Assembly (NCBI GenBank): GCA_037379345.1
Contig: CM074515.1
Span: 15,252,001 to 15,316,000, forward strand
Direction of reading: 5' to 3'
Origin: Perna viridis
Lineage: Eukaryota
Length of the DNA: 64,000 nucleotides
The notes beneath the pieces were generated by a model. It was not told where the DNA came from. It ran no database searches and saw only the letters and a list, made by a program, of their open reading frames with translations. Position numbers and translations under genes: made by a program. Positions 1 to 11,518 of this stretch are shown here, piece by piece. Each line of letters begins with the position of its first letter. The stretch's first letter is position 1.

Positions 1-480
1 AATATCACAAATACCTATAAATCTATAAATCAAATTCAATGGGATGCACCAAGTAACATATCAGTAAAGTTTAATTATATTTCAGGAAATATACCTTATT
101 CCTTCAGAAATACTGAACAAGGAAACTTGATAATCCCCAAAATTAAAACTGAACTTTTCAGAAAATCATTCATATATTCTGAGTCTGTCCTGTGTAATAA
201 GTTACCCAAACATTTACGTAATCAAGCCACTACTAACACATTCGAAATCGATATAAAGAAGAACCTAAAGACTTCTGAAAAGAGTATCATAAAAGAGAAT
301 TCTTAATGTTCACAGTTTTTAATGTTCCAAATTTGATTTTAAGTGCTTTGATATTGTCAGAACAGCTTTAGTTTATTTGTGTGTGTTTTATCAGTAATAG
401 TTTGGTGTGTGAGGGGCTCAGTGAAGATTAGCTTGTAAACTGTGTAACCCTCTCGAAAAACATAAAAAAAAGTATACCAC
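1..480 (+). mobile_element. Degenerate 3' end of a CR1/L2-type non-LTR retrotransposon
   Basis: Frame near 130-270 reads IPKIKTELFRKSFIYSESVLCNKLPKHLRNQATTNTFEIDIKKNL. This resembles the C-terminus of L2/CR1-group ORF2 (T..F..SF.Y.G..LWN.LP..LR....FK..LK). An A-rich end follows at ~455-472. Confidence 0.55.
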
Positions 481-548
481 TGAATGGAATTGTTTGAAAA
501 TTTCACAGAGTCTTGATTACATGTTCCCATTATGCACTTCTTGTTTAA

Positions 549-1277
549 AGCTGCATTAGCTGCCAAATTTGTTCAGTTTTGATTCTACTGAAATTTGCTG
601 ATTCAATGAAATAAATTTGTAGAAAGGCAGTTGAAGCAATAAATGTCAATAATACCTATAGAATATTGTGATTACGTTTTTTTAATTAGAGAAGATCAAT
701 AGCTCTGGTCTAATTATTTTTCGCCATTACTTCCGGAGATTGTCGACAGGTCATACAGCTGGGTTAAAAATACTTTAATCTCGGTAAAAAAAAATAGCCA
801 TAACGGATACCCAGGTGAGCACGTGTCTTGTTTTCATTTCACTTCATCTATTTCCTGATTAGTTTTCAAAAAAAATAATGACATATTTGAGCCACATTAT
901 ATCACAATACGTAAATTCAAATGGAATCTTGCATTATTTTCGAACTTTTACCTTTTACGGATTGAATCCGTCGGTCTTCCTTGCCGTTAAATAACCACTT
1001 TCGCTTTGCAATCATATTTGTCACTAAAGAAGCGACCCTTATAGCACATGCGCGGATTAAGGTCACCAGAAGTCACATGCATACGAATTTATCTAGGTCG
1101 ATTTTTTGTCTTGTAAGGCAATAAATATATAGACACCTGCTTCATGTATTTAATGCATTTTATTTGTGGATATCAAATGAAATTATACAGGAAAAGTGCA
1201 ATTTAGTAGAAATAATTCAAAGTTAACGCATATTCCAACAGAAACAAAAAATTACGAAAATGACAGCTAATTCAGCT
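549..1277. mobile_element. Non-autonomous Kolobok-like DNA transposon
   Basis: 17-bp TIRs agctgcattagctgcca / tgacagctaattcagct (2 mismatches). TTAA on both sides (545-548, 1278-1281). AG...CT termini with a TTAA TSD fit Kolobok. No coding capacity. Confidence 0.75.
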
Positions 1278-1693
1278 TTAAGATTTTGATCGGAATCAAT
1301 TTGGTGATCAAAGGTGCATATTATCAAATGGGTTAGTAAAGGTATCAAGTTAGTGAGCATTACTCGCAATTTTTCTAATTTAGAATTTATTTCAATGGTC
1401 TATTCTGGACTCCAATTTTTAATAATTCCGTAAGAAGATATATATATATTGTCTTTCTGAACACAATATGTTTATTATCATTTAGTCCGCACTTCCCTTT
1501 CTACAATAGAAAAAACGTACAAATGTATTCTTGTATTTCATAATTTCACAGAGACTCACTAATGCCCTGATTTTTTGTTTAATATTTCCATTTTTTGACC
1601 GCTATTGTACACTGAACATTTTGGTTTTAAAATACTGCCCTAGTAAGCAAACCTTGCACTAAGTTATATTTCAATTCACATTCTTAAAAATAG

Positions 1694-1789
1694 ATAGAGG
1701 AGGCTGAAGAGGCAAAGCCAGAAGGGAAAGAGAAACCCGAGTCTCCAAAGGAAGAAAGTAAAGGAGTGACAGATGAAAGCAAGCAGTAA
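1694..1789 (+). CDS. Probable last coding exon of a gene starting upstream of the window (IEEAEEAKPEGKEKPESPKEESKGVTDESKQ*)
   Basis: TAG acceptor at 1691-1693, then a purine-rich open frame of 31 codons ending in TAA, then long AT-rich UTR-like sequence. Product not identifiable. Confidence 0.5.
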   Translation: MEEAEEAKPEGKEKPESPKEESKGVTDESKQ

Positions 1790-3816
1790 TCGGGAAAAAT
1801 GTCTTAAACAGCCTTTTGTTCTTAACATTTACAATAAAAACATTTCAATTTCTGGATATCAAACGTGTTCCAAGAAAAACATAAGGTCAGAGAACTCACA
1901 GAAGAAGACATTTCGAAGGAGGAAGTTATTTTGACCTATTGTATCATTGTTATTTTAAAGCGAATGATTTCCGAATATTATTTTGAATAGTATTGGTTAA
2001 ACGTTTTCTGTACATGTTGTTTTGAAAGTTACGTAATTTTTGTATGTTTTAGTCGATAAACCTTTATCCCCATGGACTGTCCATGTAAACATTCCATCAG
2101 AATTTCTTAAATGAAATCCTATATGCGATGAAATAGTTTATGAAAATTAGCGAAATAACCACAAAACCATCTGTAAACTTTCAGGAAAGCAACAATTGAT
2201 TATGCAAGTATAAAAGTATTGTAAAATACTTATATCAGTTGTAAATTTAATTTGATTGAAGAAATGAATTTGAAATTTGGTGTAATTTGATACTGATACC
2301 TTAATGACAATCTTGGAAAAATAGTGAACAATAAAATAATCTCAGTGTTCGTTGGTTATAGGCAGTAATTATGTAAATTTGGTTACTTGTAATATTTTTG
2401 TTTGTTCTTAAGATGAATAAAATTGATTCGCTGCATGATTCTATTTTATTATTTAAATTACTGATCAAACTTGATTTCTTTCATGTATCTTCTTTTAAAA
2501 AAATACAATGCAAAGATACTTTAGATGCTAATGATACAATAATCGATAGGATTATCCTTTACTATTTTCAATACTCCCGTGAAAAATTTCGCAGAACTTG
2601 TTTTTCAAAACTGCTTGGGAAGCCTATCAAAAAACATAACAGTATGACATTTTAACGCCCGTGAAATGAGCAGGTTTCGATAAATCATGTTCTGCGAAAG
2701 TATGCACTATTACCAGTCTTGACTGTTATTGGCAACTTCGTTTTTCCAAACATGCAATCTGTATTGTTTACTGTTGTTATTTGAAATGTTTTAAAATTTT
2801 GGTCAGTCTATTGTAGTGTTGTAAGATTAGGGACCAAGTTCCTGTATAATAATATCTATAGCTTCCATGTGCAGCATCTTTGTAATATTAAGTAATGATG
2901 TAAAATTTTGTGCATGTTAAATTGACATTTTAATAATTTACTCATTATATTTCACGTCTGTTCTTCTCTATTCAGAAAAATGTTCATTGAAATACATACA
3001 GTTCATTAAGTCGGGACTATTACGCCTAGTTTACCTTACTCGCTTTGTAATTAGCTGTTTACTGGAGTTAAACCACGTGCAGTTGAAGAAATTCAAAATT
3101 CGGTACGGTATTTTTTGTTCCTTTGCAAAAACATTTAGGAAGGGAAGCTGTATTTTAGAAATATTCAGGGCTCTGTTCAAATGTGATGCACCATTTATAC
3201 TCAAGGTAAATCATCTATCATTTTCTAGTTATGTTTTTCCTAATGTTATATGTTTTGATTATATTATTTTTATACATGTATACCTCATAACTCACCATAC
3301 TCTGGCCAGATGAAAATTAAATATGATATATTCCATTGATACGAGATTTGTTACCATAATTTAAATACAGATATAATTGGTTTGTTTATGAAGCTTTTAT
3401 TGTTTTTATGTGAAAAATGGCGTTTTATCAAATTATTTTGGAATATTATCGGATGTTTTTTTTACTTATGACTACCATTAGTCACAAGAGGAAACATTTT
3501 ACTTTCATCTGGACCATGTTCATAGTTTGTGCTTTGTAATATATTAATGCATTTATTGATATCAAGGTCTTTGTTAAGTGTTCAATATGTTGTGAAATTT
3601 AGTATGCTTAGAAGCTGACAGTATTTTAAGAGTATGTTTTCATATACAGACTTCATTTAATTAAATGCATTTAAAAAAATCTGTGAAAGAATATACAAGA
3701 GATATTTATACATATATGAATTGTCACAAATACACTTTTGCAATGATGAGATAATCATTTAATTGTATAATTGTCAATCAACTGGAATTTAAAGTAGTAA
3801 ATACAATATAATAACC

Positions 3817-3961
3817 ATTGATTAAAAAACCAACACATTTTCCTGCTTACTGATTGATTTATTATATGGGTTTAATGCTGCTCGGGCGTTAAACCCCAAT
3901 AATCAATAAATCAATCAGTAAGACAGTACAAACAGGAAAATATGTTGGTTTTTTAATCAAT
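3817..3961. repeat. ~145-bp hairpin/palindrome, probably two opposed SINE-type 3' ends
   Basis: Left arm attgattaaaaaaccaacacattttcctg-cttactgattgatttatt...gggtttaatgc pairs with right arm gcgttaaaccc...aataaatcaatcagtaag...caggaaaatatgttggttttttaatcaat. Loop tgctcgg. Confidence 0.75.
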
Positions 3962-5480
3962 CGATATCATATTGCATTTAAACGATACTTTCAGGGTAAA
4001 ACGGGATAATACGGCTATACAAAAATGTAAAACATGGAGAAATATTCTGTAAATATTAGTCAGATTTGTTGTCCATTTCATTGTCAGATTATAGGCATTC
4101 GGGAATGGAATGTGATAGATGTGAGAGTCAGGATTTTTATTGAATGGTTTTGTATTTGCCGTCTTGCTCAATATTTCAGGGTATATATATATATAGATTT
4201 CCTAACAAAATTTATTGGATAGAATACTCAAACTAAAAATACTTACAGGAAAACAAAATTTACATAGGCATTTTTATTTCATAGATAGGGTTAGAATAAG
4301 AAAATTTAAATATACGCATTATAAAAATGCGATTTAAACTAGTATGTTGAATAGATAAAGAATGCAATAAAAATAAAGTTATACTCAAATTACTGCCATT
4401 TCACATAATTATTGCGTTTATAATTTTACTGATAGTGCTTTTTAAACAAATGTGCCATATTAGTAATTTGCTGATAATTTTACTATAGAGCTAGTATCTT
4501 CGGGAAAGGCAACTTTTTCATAAAACAGACGAATAATTTTAAAATTATTGAAAAATTACATCAAATTGGTTTACCCTAACTTACCATTCAACATTCATAG
4601 GCAATACTTAAAAGAAAATAATACTAAGGTTTATTTCATTTCGCGTGTTAAGAATTGTGATATTGTTTGGTTGTGACTAGTTAATTTATTAAATAATAGA
4701 AATCCCAAACACTAATATTTATGTCGGCGAGCATTCCTTAACAAATGAATAAACAGCTTAATTATAATTGAATAAGCTAATTAAACACGAGTTTCTGTAT
4801 AGTTTTGTATTTTATTCCATTTTCTAATTTGAATGTCAGGATTTTTTTCAGCTGAAAAAGATGATCACTATTTTTGTTTAAATCAAAAATTAGAAAAAGT
4901 TATGATACATTACGAATGAAAAATGATTTTACATGTACATAAAAGCAATAAGTCTATGAATCTAGCTTTAATACCGAAGACAAACTGTGACATAACTTTC
5001 GATTCAACAATGTCTGTGGTTTATTTTCGATATTTAATCAGCATATTGTACCAAGAGAGACGGCCAGCACCTTGGTTTAAATGTTGTAGATAGATAGTGG
5101 TGCTTCCAAGCATAGAGTCGCTTACATTGTAATTATTTCTATTTTATGATCACATTTTGTATGTGTTGTGTGTAATAAAAAAAATTGAAAAATGTTTTGA
5201 TTCGGCTTTTTTCTGAATGAAATGAAGGAATTAGAGACATCTTTTTAAAATATAAATGAAAGTAGAAAATCGTTGAAATACAGAAAAAAGAAATTATAAT
5301 TACAAATAAGTACACGTTAAACATTTACTGAAATTAACGATAATACAAATGTAAAAAGAGAAACACGTGCATCATTACATAGTACAAATATCTTTGCTGC
5401 TGATGAGAGGTTACTTCTTGTGTAACGTGTGTAAAACATATTGAACTTCGGAATATATTTGATTTGAATTTTTGTATTTA

Positions 5481-5830
5481 ACCACCGGGTCGATGCCACT
5501 GATGGTGGACCAAAGGTCCCAAAGGGTATTCACCAACCCAGTAATCAGACTTGTCTGACCCCGAATCATATTATATTTTATCTATCATATTTATCCAAAT
5601 TTGCAGAAATACAAATTTCAAAATACCGAAAACACGGAGACTCCAATCTTTGTACTGTAATGGTAGACCCTCTTAGTGGTGGAACTGACGTCTTATTTCG
5701 ATAGTTTTGGTTTAAGTGCTTATTGTTTTCAAGTAATTTTTGGATTTATATCTTCTTATATATTTTATTTCAATGTTGCTGAAGAAATATTACTCCTTGA
5801 AACACGTATTCATCATATGATTGGTAATTT
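5481..5830 (+). mobile_element. Degenerate PLE-associated non-coding segment with a structured motif and a decayed hammerhead-like core
   Basis: Nested complementary segments at 5481-5545. ctgaaga...gaaac spacing at 5779-5803. Lies just upstream of the Naiad cluster. Confidence 0.35.
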
Positions 5831-6024
5831 TGTATTTATACTGACACACTTATGAAACAACAGATGTATATGAAACACAACTTATATTAAGATGATTTTT
5901 GTATTATTACCAGTACCAGTCTAAAGCGAAAAAACATAAGATCTTAATAATCTGTTACTTAATTCTATCAACGGAGTGTTGGTAATATGATAACCAAACG
6001 ATATCGTAGTCTGTTACTTGTTCA

Positions 6025-6205
6025 TCGTGTAAAAGTTTTCCTGTCCTCTTTCGTCCACCCGGACTTGATCTTTAATGAGCAACTCGGCAGGTGTTTCTAG
6101 AAAAGCAGAGGACGGTTACCCTACCTGGTCCATGCTCCCAGTTTTTAGTGGAGTCTGAGTTACTCATTTGCTTTTCCCTTGGTTCGTTCCCTTGATAGAT
6201 CTTTA
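6025..6205 (+). mobile_element. Naiad-type PLE 3'-UTR fragment
   Basis: Matches the repeated ccggacttga...atgagcaactcggc...ggttcccttgat 3' region of the other copies. Confidence 0.8.
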
Positions 6206-6339
6206 ACGTTGTCATCTTCTATTTTTTGTATTTAAATGTAATTATGTACGGACAGCATGTCTGCTTTGTGATCTTCACGATGGCCTGTAAAGACCGCTTT
6301 GACATTTTGAAGAACCTTTACTCCTTGGAATTTCTCTTA

Positions 6340-7172
6340 AGATTCCTTCACTCTTATGAGGCTGACTTTATATCTGATCTGATTCAAAAGAATGAACATC
6401 GTTTGGTTAGATCCTTTTATCTCAGTTTCCGCTATACAGATGACATATTATCATTAAACAATCCTAGTTTCGGGGATTTGATACATCTACCCCAAAAGAC
6501 CTTGAGATAAAGGATACAACAGACGCTATCAAGCCAGCCTCAAATATTAACTTACACTTAGAGAAATCGATGGTTAAGGAAAACTATTGACAAAACTATA
6601 CGACAAACGCGGGGACCTTTCATTCTGTATTGTCAAATTTCATTTCGTCTGTGGCAACATCCATTCAGCACCTGCGTATGGAGTTTTCATATCACAACTC
6701 ATACGTTATACCAGAGCTTGCCGTAAATAAGCAGCCTTTTTGTATCGCGCTAGACATCTTACAATTAGGCTTCTGGAACAGGGTTATGTTACTCCAAAAT
6801 TGATGTCATTATTACAGAAGTTTTGTGGTCGTCATCATGAACTCGTGGACCGTAACGTTGTATCCATCTGCACCATGAAAACTGATTTGTTCAGCGTGTC
6901 ATAGTTTCCCTTTCCTCTTTCGTCTACCCCGGACTGGACTTTTTATGAGCAATTCGGCGGGTGTTTCTAGAAAAGCAGAGGACTTTTACCCTACTGGTTC
7001 ACCTGTTCCATGCTCCCAGTTTTTAGTACAGTCCGAGTTGTTCATTTTTGTTACTTTGTATGTATTATTTTGGTTATTTCATGTTCTTTGTTGTGTGTGT
7101 CCATGTCTGGTCCTGATCCCTGGATTACATTCTTTTGATTACCGCTATAACCTTGGTTCCCTTGATTATTCT
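6340..7172 (+). mobile_element. 5'-truncated Naiad-type Penelope-like element (degenerate RT C-terminus plus 3' UTR)
   Basis: FLHSYEADFI...FRYTDDILSLNNPSF, then a frameshifted thumb region. The shared 3' UTR ends cttggttcccttgattattct. Confidence 0.85.
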
Positions 7173-7525
7173 TAAGTAAAAGGAAAATAGAAATTCGCTG
7201 CAAAGACTTTTTTAAACATTTTTTTGCGTTTAGAGAGATAGTATTTAAAAAAAAACATAATTTCCTTAGCACTGGGCTTATAAATGATTTTTCTTTTGTA
7301 GTGATAAACATCTACATCTGAAACCTTTTCTAATTGTACCAAGAAACAAATTCTTACATAATAAAAGCATATAAACAGGAATTTAAATCATATAAATTAA
7401 ATGAACATTAATTCAGGTGGTGTCAATTAATTAAAGCTTTAAATTTGTTTTTCCTGTTCTTTCCTTTTCAGTCATATTGCAATTAAGACAATTTATGAAA
7501 AGAATAATTTACAAATAATTGCAAT

Positions 7526-8268
7526 GCTTCCGCTATATAGATGACGTATTATCTTTAAACAATCCGAATTTCGGGGATTTGATACATCGGATATACCCAA
7601 AAGAACTTGAGATAAAGGATACTACAGACACTGTAAAGTCAGCCTCATATCTTGACCTACACTTAGAAATCGATGGCAAAGGAAAACTATTGACCAAACT
7701 TTACGATAAACGTGATGACTTTTCATTCAGAATTGTCAACTTTCCTTTCATCTGTGGCAACATCCCTTCAGCTCCTTCGTATGGAGTGTTCATATCACAA
7801 CTCATACGTTATGCAAGAGCTTGCCGAAACTGCGCAGACTTTTTGTATCGCGCTAGCACTCTAACAAATAGGCTTCTGGAACAGGGTTATGTTGCTACAA
7901 GATTGAAGTCATCACTACAGAAGTTTTATGGTCGTCATCATGAACTCGTGGATCGTTATGGTGTATCCATCAGCACCATGAAAACTGATTTATTCAACGG
8001 GTCATAGTTTTCCTTTCCTCGTTTGTCTACCCCGGACTTGACTATTTATGAGCAACTCGGCAGAGGACGCTTACCCTACCGGTGGACCTGGTCCACGCTC
8101 CCAGTTTTTAGTGGAGTCCGGATTGCTCATTTACTTTTGTTACTTTGTATGTATGATTTTAGTTACTTTGTGTTGTTTGTTGTGTATGTCTGTTTTTAAT
8201 GTCTGGTCTTTGTCCCTGGATTACATTCTTTTGATTACCGGTATAACCTTGGTTCCCTTGATTACTTT
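7526..8268 (+). mobile_element. 5'-truncated Naiad-type PLE with an intact RT catalytic-to-thumb frame
   Basis: ORF 7519-8007: FRYIDDVL, SASYLDL, TKLYDKRDDF, NFP, SQLIRYARAC, KFYGRH. The stop comes right after the thumb with no C-terminal GIY-YIG, as in N-terminal-EN PLEs. The 3' UTR follows. Confidence 0.9.
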
Positions 8269-8287
8269 TTAAAAGAAAGGATAGGCA

Positions 8288-9400
8288 AGGTGGTGTCCAA
8301 CCCGAACCTTCAGGTGGTGTCAAACCCGAACCTTCAGATGGTATCAAACTCAAATTCTCAGGTGGTGTGAAACCCGAACCTTCAAACTGGTGTCAAACCC
8401 GGACCTTCACAAGGTGTCAAACCTGAACCTTCAGAATGGTGTCAAACCAGAAACTTCATGTGTTGTCAAACCCGAACCTTCAGACTGGTGTCAAACCAGA
8501 AACTTCAGGTGTTGTCAAACCGAACCTTCAGGAGGTGTCAAATCCAAACCTTCAGGTGGGTGATGTCAAACCTAAACCTTTAGACCGGTGTCTAACCCAA
8601 ACCTTCAGATCGGTGTCAAAACCGAAACTTCTTGTGGTGTGAAACTTTCATTATGCCGCAAAAGAAGGTATGAATAGAATGATGTCAAACACGAAACTTC
8701 ATAAAGAATTGGTAGGATGGTATCAAACCCAGACCTTCATATTGTCAAAATAGAACGAATGAGTAGGATGGAATAAAAAACCGAATCTTCATAAAGGATA
8801 AAATAGATGGTGTCAAACCCGAACGTTCTAAAGAATGACTAGGATGGTATCAAACCCGAATCTTCATAAAGGATGAAATAGATTGTGTCAAATCCGAATA
8901 TTCTTAAGAATGAGTAGATGGTATCAAACCCGAATCTTCATAAATGATGAAATAGATGGTGTAAAATCCAAATATTCATTTTCGAACCTTCATAAAGGAT
9001 AAGTAGGGTGGTGTCAAACCCGTACTTTCATATTGTTAAAATGTACCGGATGAGTAGGATGGTATTCTACCCGAATTTCATAAATGATAAGTAGAGTGGT
9101 GTCAAACCCGAACCTTCATATTGTTAAAATGGAAAGAATGAGTAGGATGGTGTCGAACTCGAACCTTCATAAAGGATGAACAAGATGGTGTCAAACACAA
9201 ACATTCATATTGTCAAAATAGAACAAAAGGATGAGTCGGATGGTGTCAAACCTTATTCTTCCTATTGTTAAATGTACCGGAAGCTTCATAAAGGGTAAGT
9301 AGGATGGTATCAAACTTGAACCTTCATAAAGAATGAACAAGATGGTGTCAAACTCGAACCTTCATCTTGTTAAAATGTACCGAAAGAGTAGGATGGAACT
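8288..9400. repeat. Compound minisatellite with core GGTGTCAAACCCGAACCTTCA
   Basis: About 15 near-contiguous 24-25-bp units (8288-8650). The same core then recurs separated by related linkers (taaaggatgagtaggat, or tattgttaaaatg...gagtaggat) to ~9400. Confidence 0.9.
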
Positions 9401-9470
9401 TCAAGCATTGTTTGAGATGGGTAAATTTATTTAACTCTCACCTTGTGAAACTATAACCGTCCTTTATGAC

Positions 9471-9605
9471 AGAGTAATCAAGGGAACCAAGGTTATAGCG
9501 GTAATAAAAAGAATGTAATCCAGGGACAAAGACCAGACAAGGAAAACAGACATACACAACAACAAAAATAAAGTAAATAAAATCATATATACAAAGTAAC
9601 AAACC
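9471..9605 (-). mobile_element. Naiad-type PLE 3' terminus, inverted
   Basis: agagtaatcaagggaaccaaggttatagcggtaat...caaagtaacaa is the reverse complement of the shared 3' end. Confidence 0.85.
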
Positions 9606-10589
9606 AATCGACATTTACAAGAGTATAGTATTTCTGGCTTCTTTAACCATGTTTTGTTGTGTCAATAACGTCATCTGATTCCTAAATCAAGGCAAAGAAC
9701 TACAATGATTGTTTAAATCGTATATAAAACCATTTCTTTTGCTTTTTTAGCTCAAAATGTTTCATGGGTCACCATGTGTATATGTACTCGAGATTGTCTA
9801 TGGAAATAAATATCATTTTATTCTAGTCTTGTTTCCTACTATCAGCAAGAAAAACATAGGATAGGTAGGTGGGTGGGAAAATTATTTTATTTTTCAAAAA
9901 ACATTTTACACTGAGTTAATGGGGAAACAATTTAACGGTGCTTTAGCCAAAATGGTCATAAAAATTTAGGCTAAGTATCGTAGCAGGAAACAGACATATT
10001 ATTTCGTTTTTCGCCTTATATCCGAATTTTATCATTGGTGAATAGAATGTTCTCTAAGAGCGAAAATTGTATTCTCTAACCATTGAAATCTTACGGTCCA
10101 TTTGTTGATGAAGACTACCACTGGATACATAAAAATAATAATGTACAACTCTTTACATTATCTGACTTCTATAACAAAAACCTCATACATGGTCGATAGT
10201 AACGTGATGTAAACAAGGAAACATTTATGTTTTTCTCTACAAATATCTGTATCGGCTTTGATTGATTTTTTCCCGCCTTAATGTGCCATCACCATAGGAA
10301 ATCTGTAACCATATTTGTGGATAAGACACAACAGACTTTGTATATTCTAGCAATAATTGAGAAATACATCGGACTAACTGCAACAAAGGACGGTTTTTTC
10401 TGGAATATATACTAAAGATCCATAGAAAAAATCGACCAAGTTCAATCGATTGGAAACTTCTCTCATAAGACTTAAAATTTCTAGGGAACAAGAGAGATAA
10501 CTCAAGCTCAATGCTTATTAAAGTACTTGGGTAGAATGAAATGGTTTAATTTGGTGCAAGGGAAATCAAGAAAACAGGATTCGAATGGT

Positions 10590-10870
10590 AATCAAAAGGA
10601 TGAATTAAAACCAAAGGATGAACATTAGACAGGAAAAACACACACAATCCGGACTCCATTGAACATTGGGTGCATTGGCCAGGTGCAAAGTAAAGGAAGC
10701 GTTTACTGCTTTTCTGGAAACACCCGGCAAGTTGCTAATAGAATGTCACGTCCGCGGTAGACGAATTAGTAAAGGAAATCTATGACAGGACGGTTCTTAT
10801 GGCGCGGATGGATACATCATAATAATCAACGGTGACGAAAATAAATTGTAGTGATAACTTCAACCTGACA
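10590..10870 (-). mobile_element. Old, diverged Naiad-type PLE 3' fragment
   Basis: ggactcca...ccaggtgc...ctgcttttctggaaacacccg...gttgct...ggaaatctatgac...gatggatacatca matches the reverse complement of the 3' UTR and thumb. Confidence 0.65.
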
Positions 10871-11048
10871 ATATTATCTGCTTCGTCGTATCCCATGATA
10901 CGAATTATTTCACAATTTTATTATAAGTTTGATTTTACCGACAATCTAATACCACATACAGTGCACAATTTGAACACGCTATGAATTTGAAAAAAAAATC
11001 ATGATTTACGAAACATGTTTTTAAATTTGACAATATAATTTCGGAGGG

Positions 11049-11518
11049 GGTATGGTCTCACTAACCACTTCTAACGTTTCCATTACTTTACATGTTAAAA
11101 AATAATTTTCAAAGTCTCACTGTGAATTCCCAGGACAAATGACATCTTAAAGCTGCATACCGTTGCGAAGCTTGGAAAAAAAGGCTTCCAAAATCATTAT
11201 ACTAATGGTACGATGATAGTAGAAATTCTTCACAAAATTTACTTGAATAAATAATACTGAAAATCCACATTTTTACCTGTTCTGCTAACTGACAGCATGG
11301 AGGCAAATTACTCACACATGTAAACAATATTCATACACTTTTGTAGTTAATTACATATATGATTTTAAAGTACACATTCTCAGCTTCATTTTGACTACTT
11401 TTAATCATAATACACACAAATAATGCACTTACAATGCATATGTCTAGGTTCAGTGTGTTTTTGGTACTACATAGGGGGGTGACCATTTGACCCGGAAGTG
11501 GTTAGTGAGACCTATACC
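11049..11518. mobile_element. MITE / non-autonomous DNA transposon
   Basis: ~23-bp TIRs ggtatggtctcactaaccacttc / gaagtggttagtgagacctatacc. TTAA on the right flank only. Confidence 0.6.

Noticed and set aside
6945-8272. Short hydrophobic ORFs (MSNSAG..., also at 16560, 30994, 47443, 51470) as a second element-encoded protein
   Set aside because: They overlie the U-rich 3' UTR, and frames differ between copies because of indels, so the hydrophobicity reflects base composition.
8288-9400. CRISPR-like repeat-spacer appearance
   Set aside because: Linkers are related to each other rather than unique, repeats are degenerate, there are no cas genes, and the context is eukaryotic.
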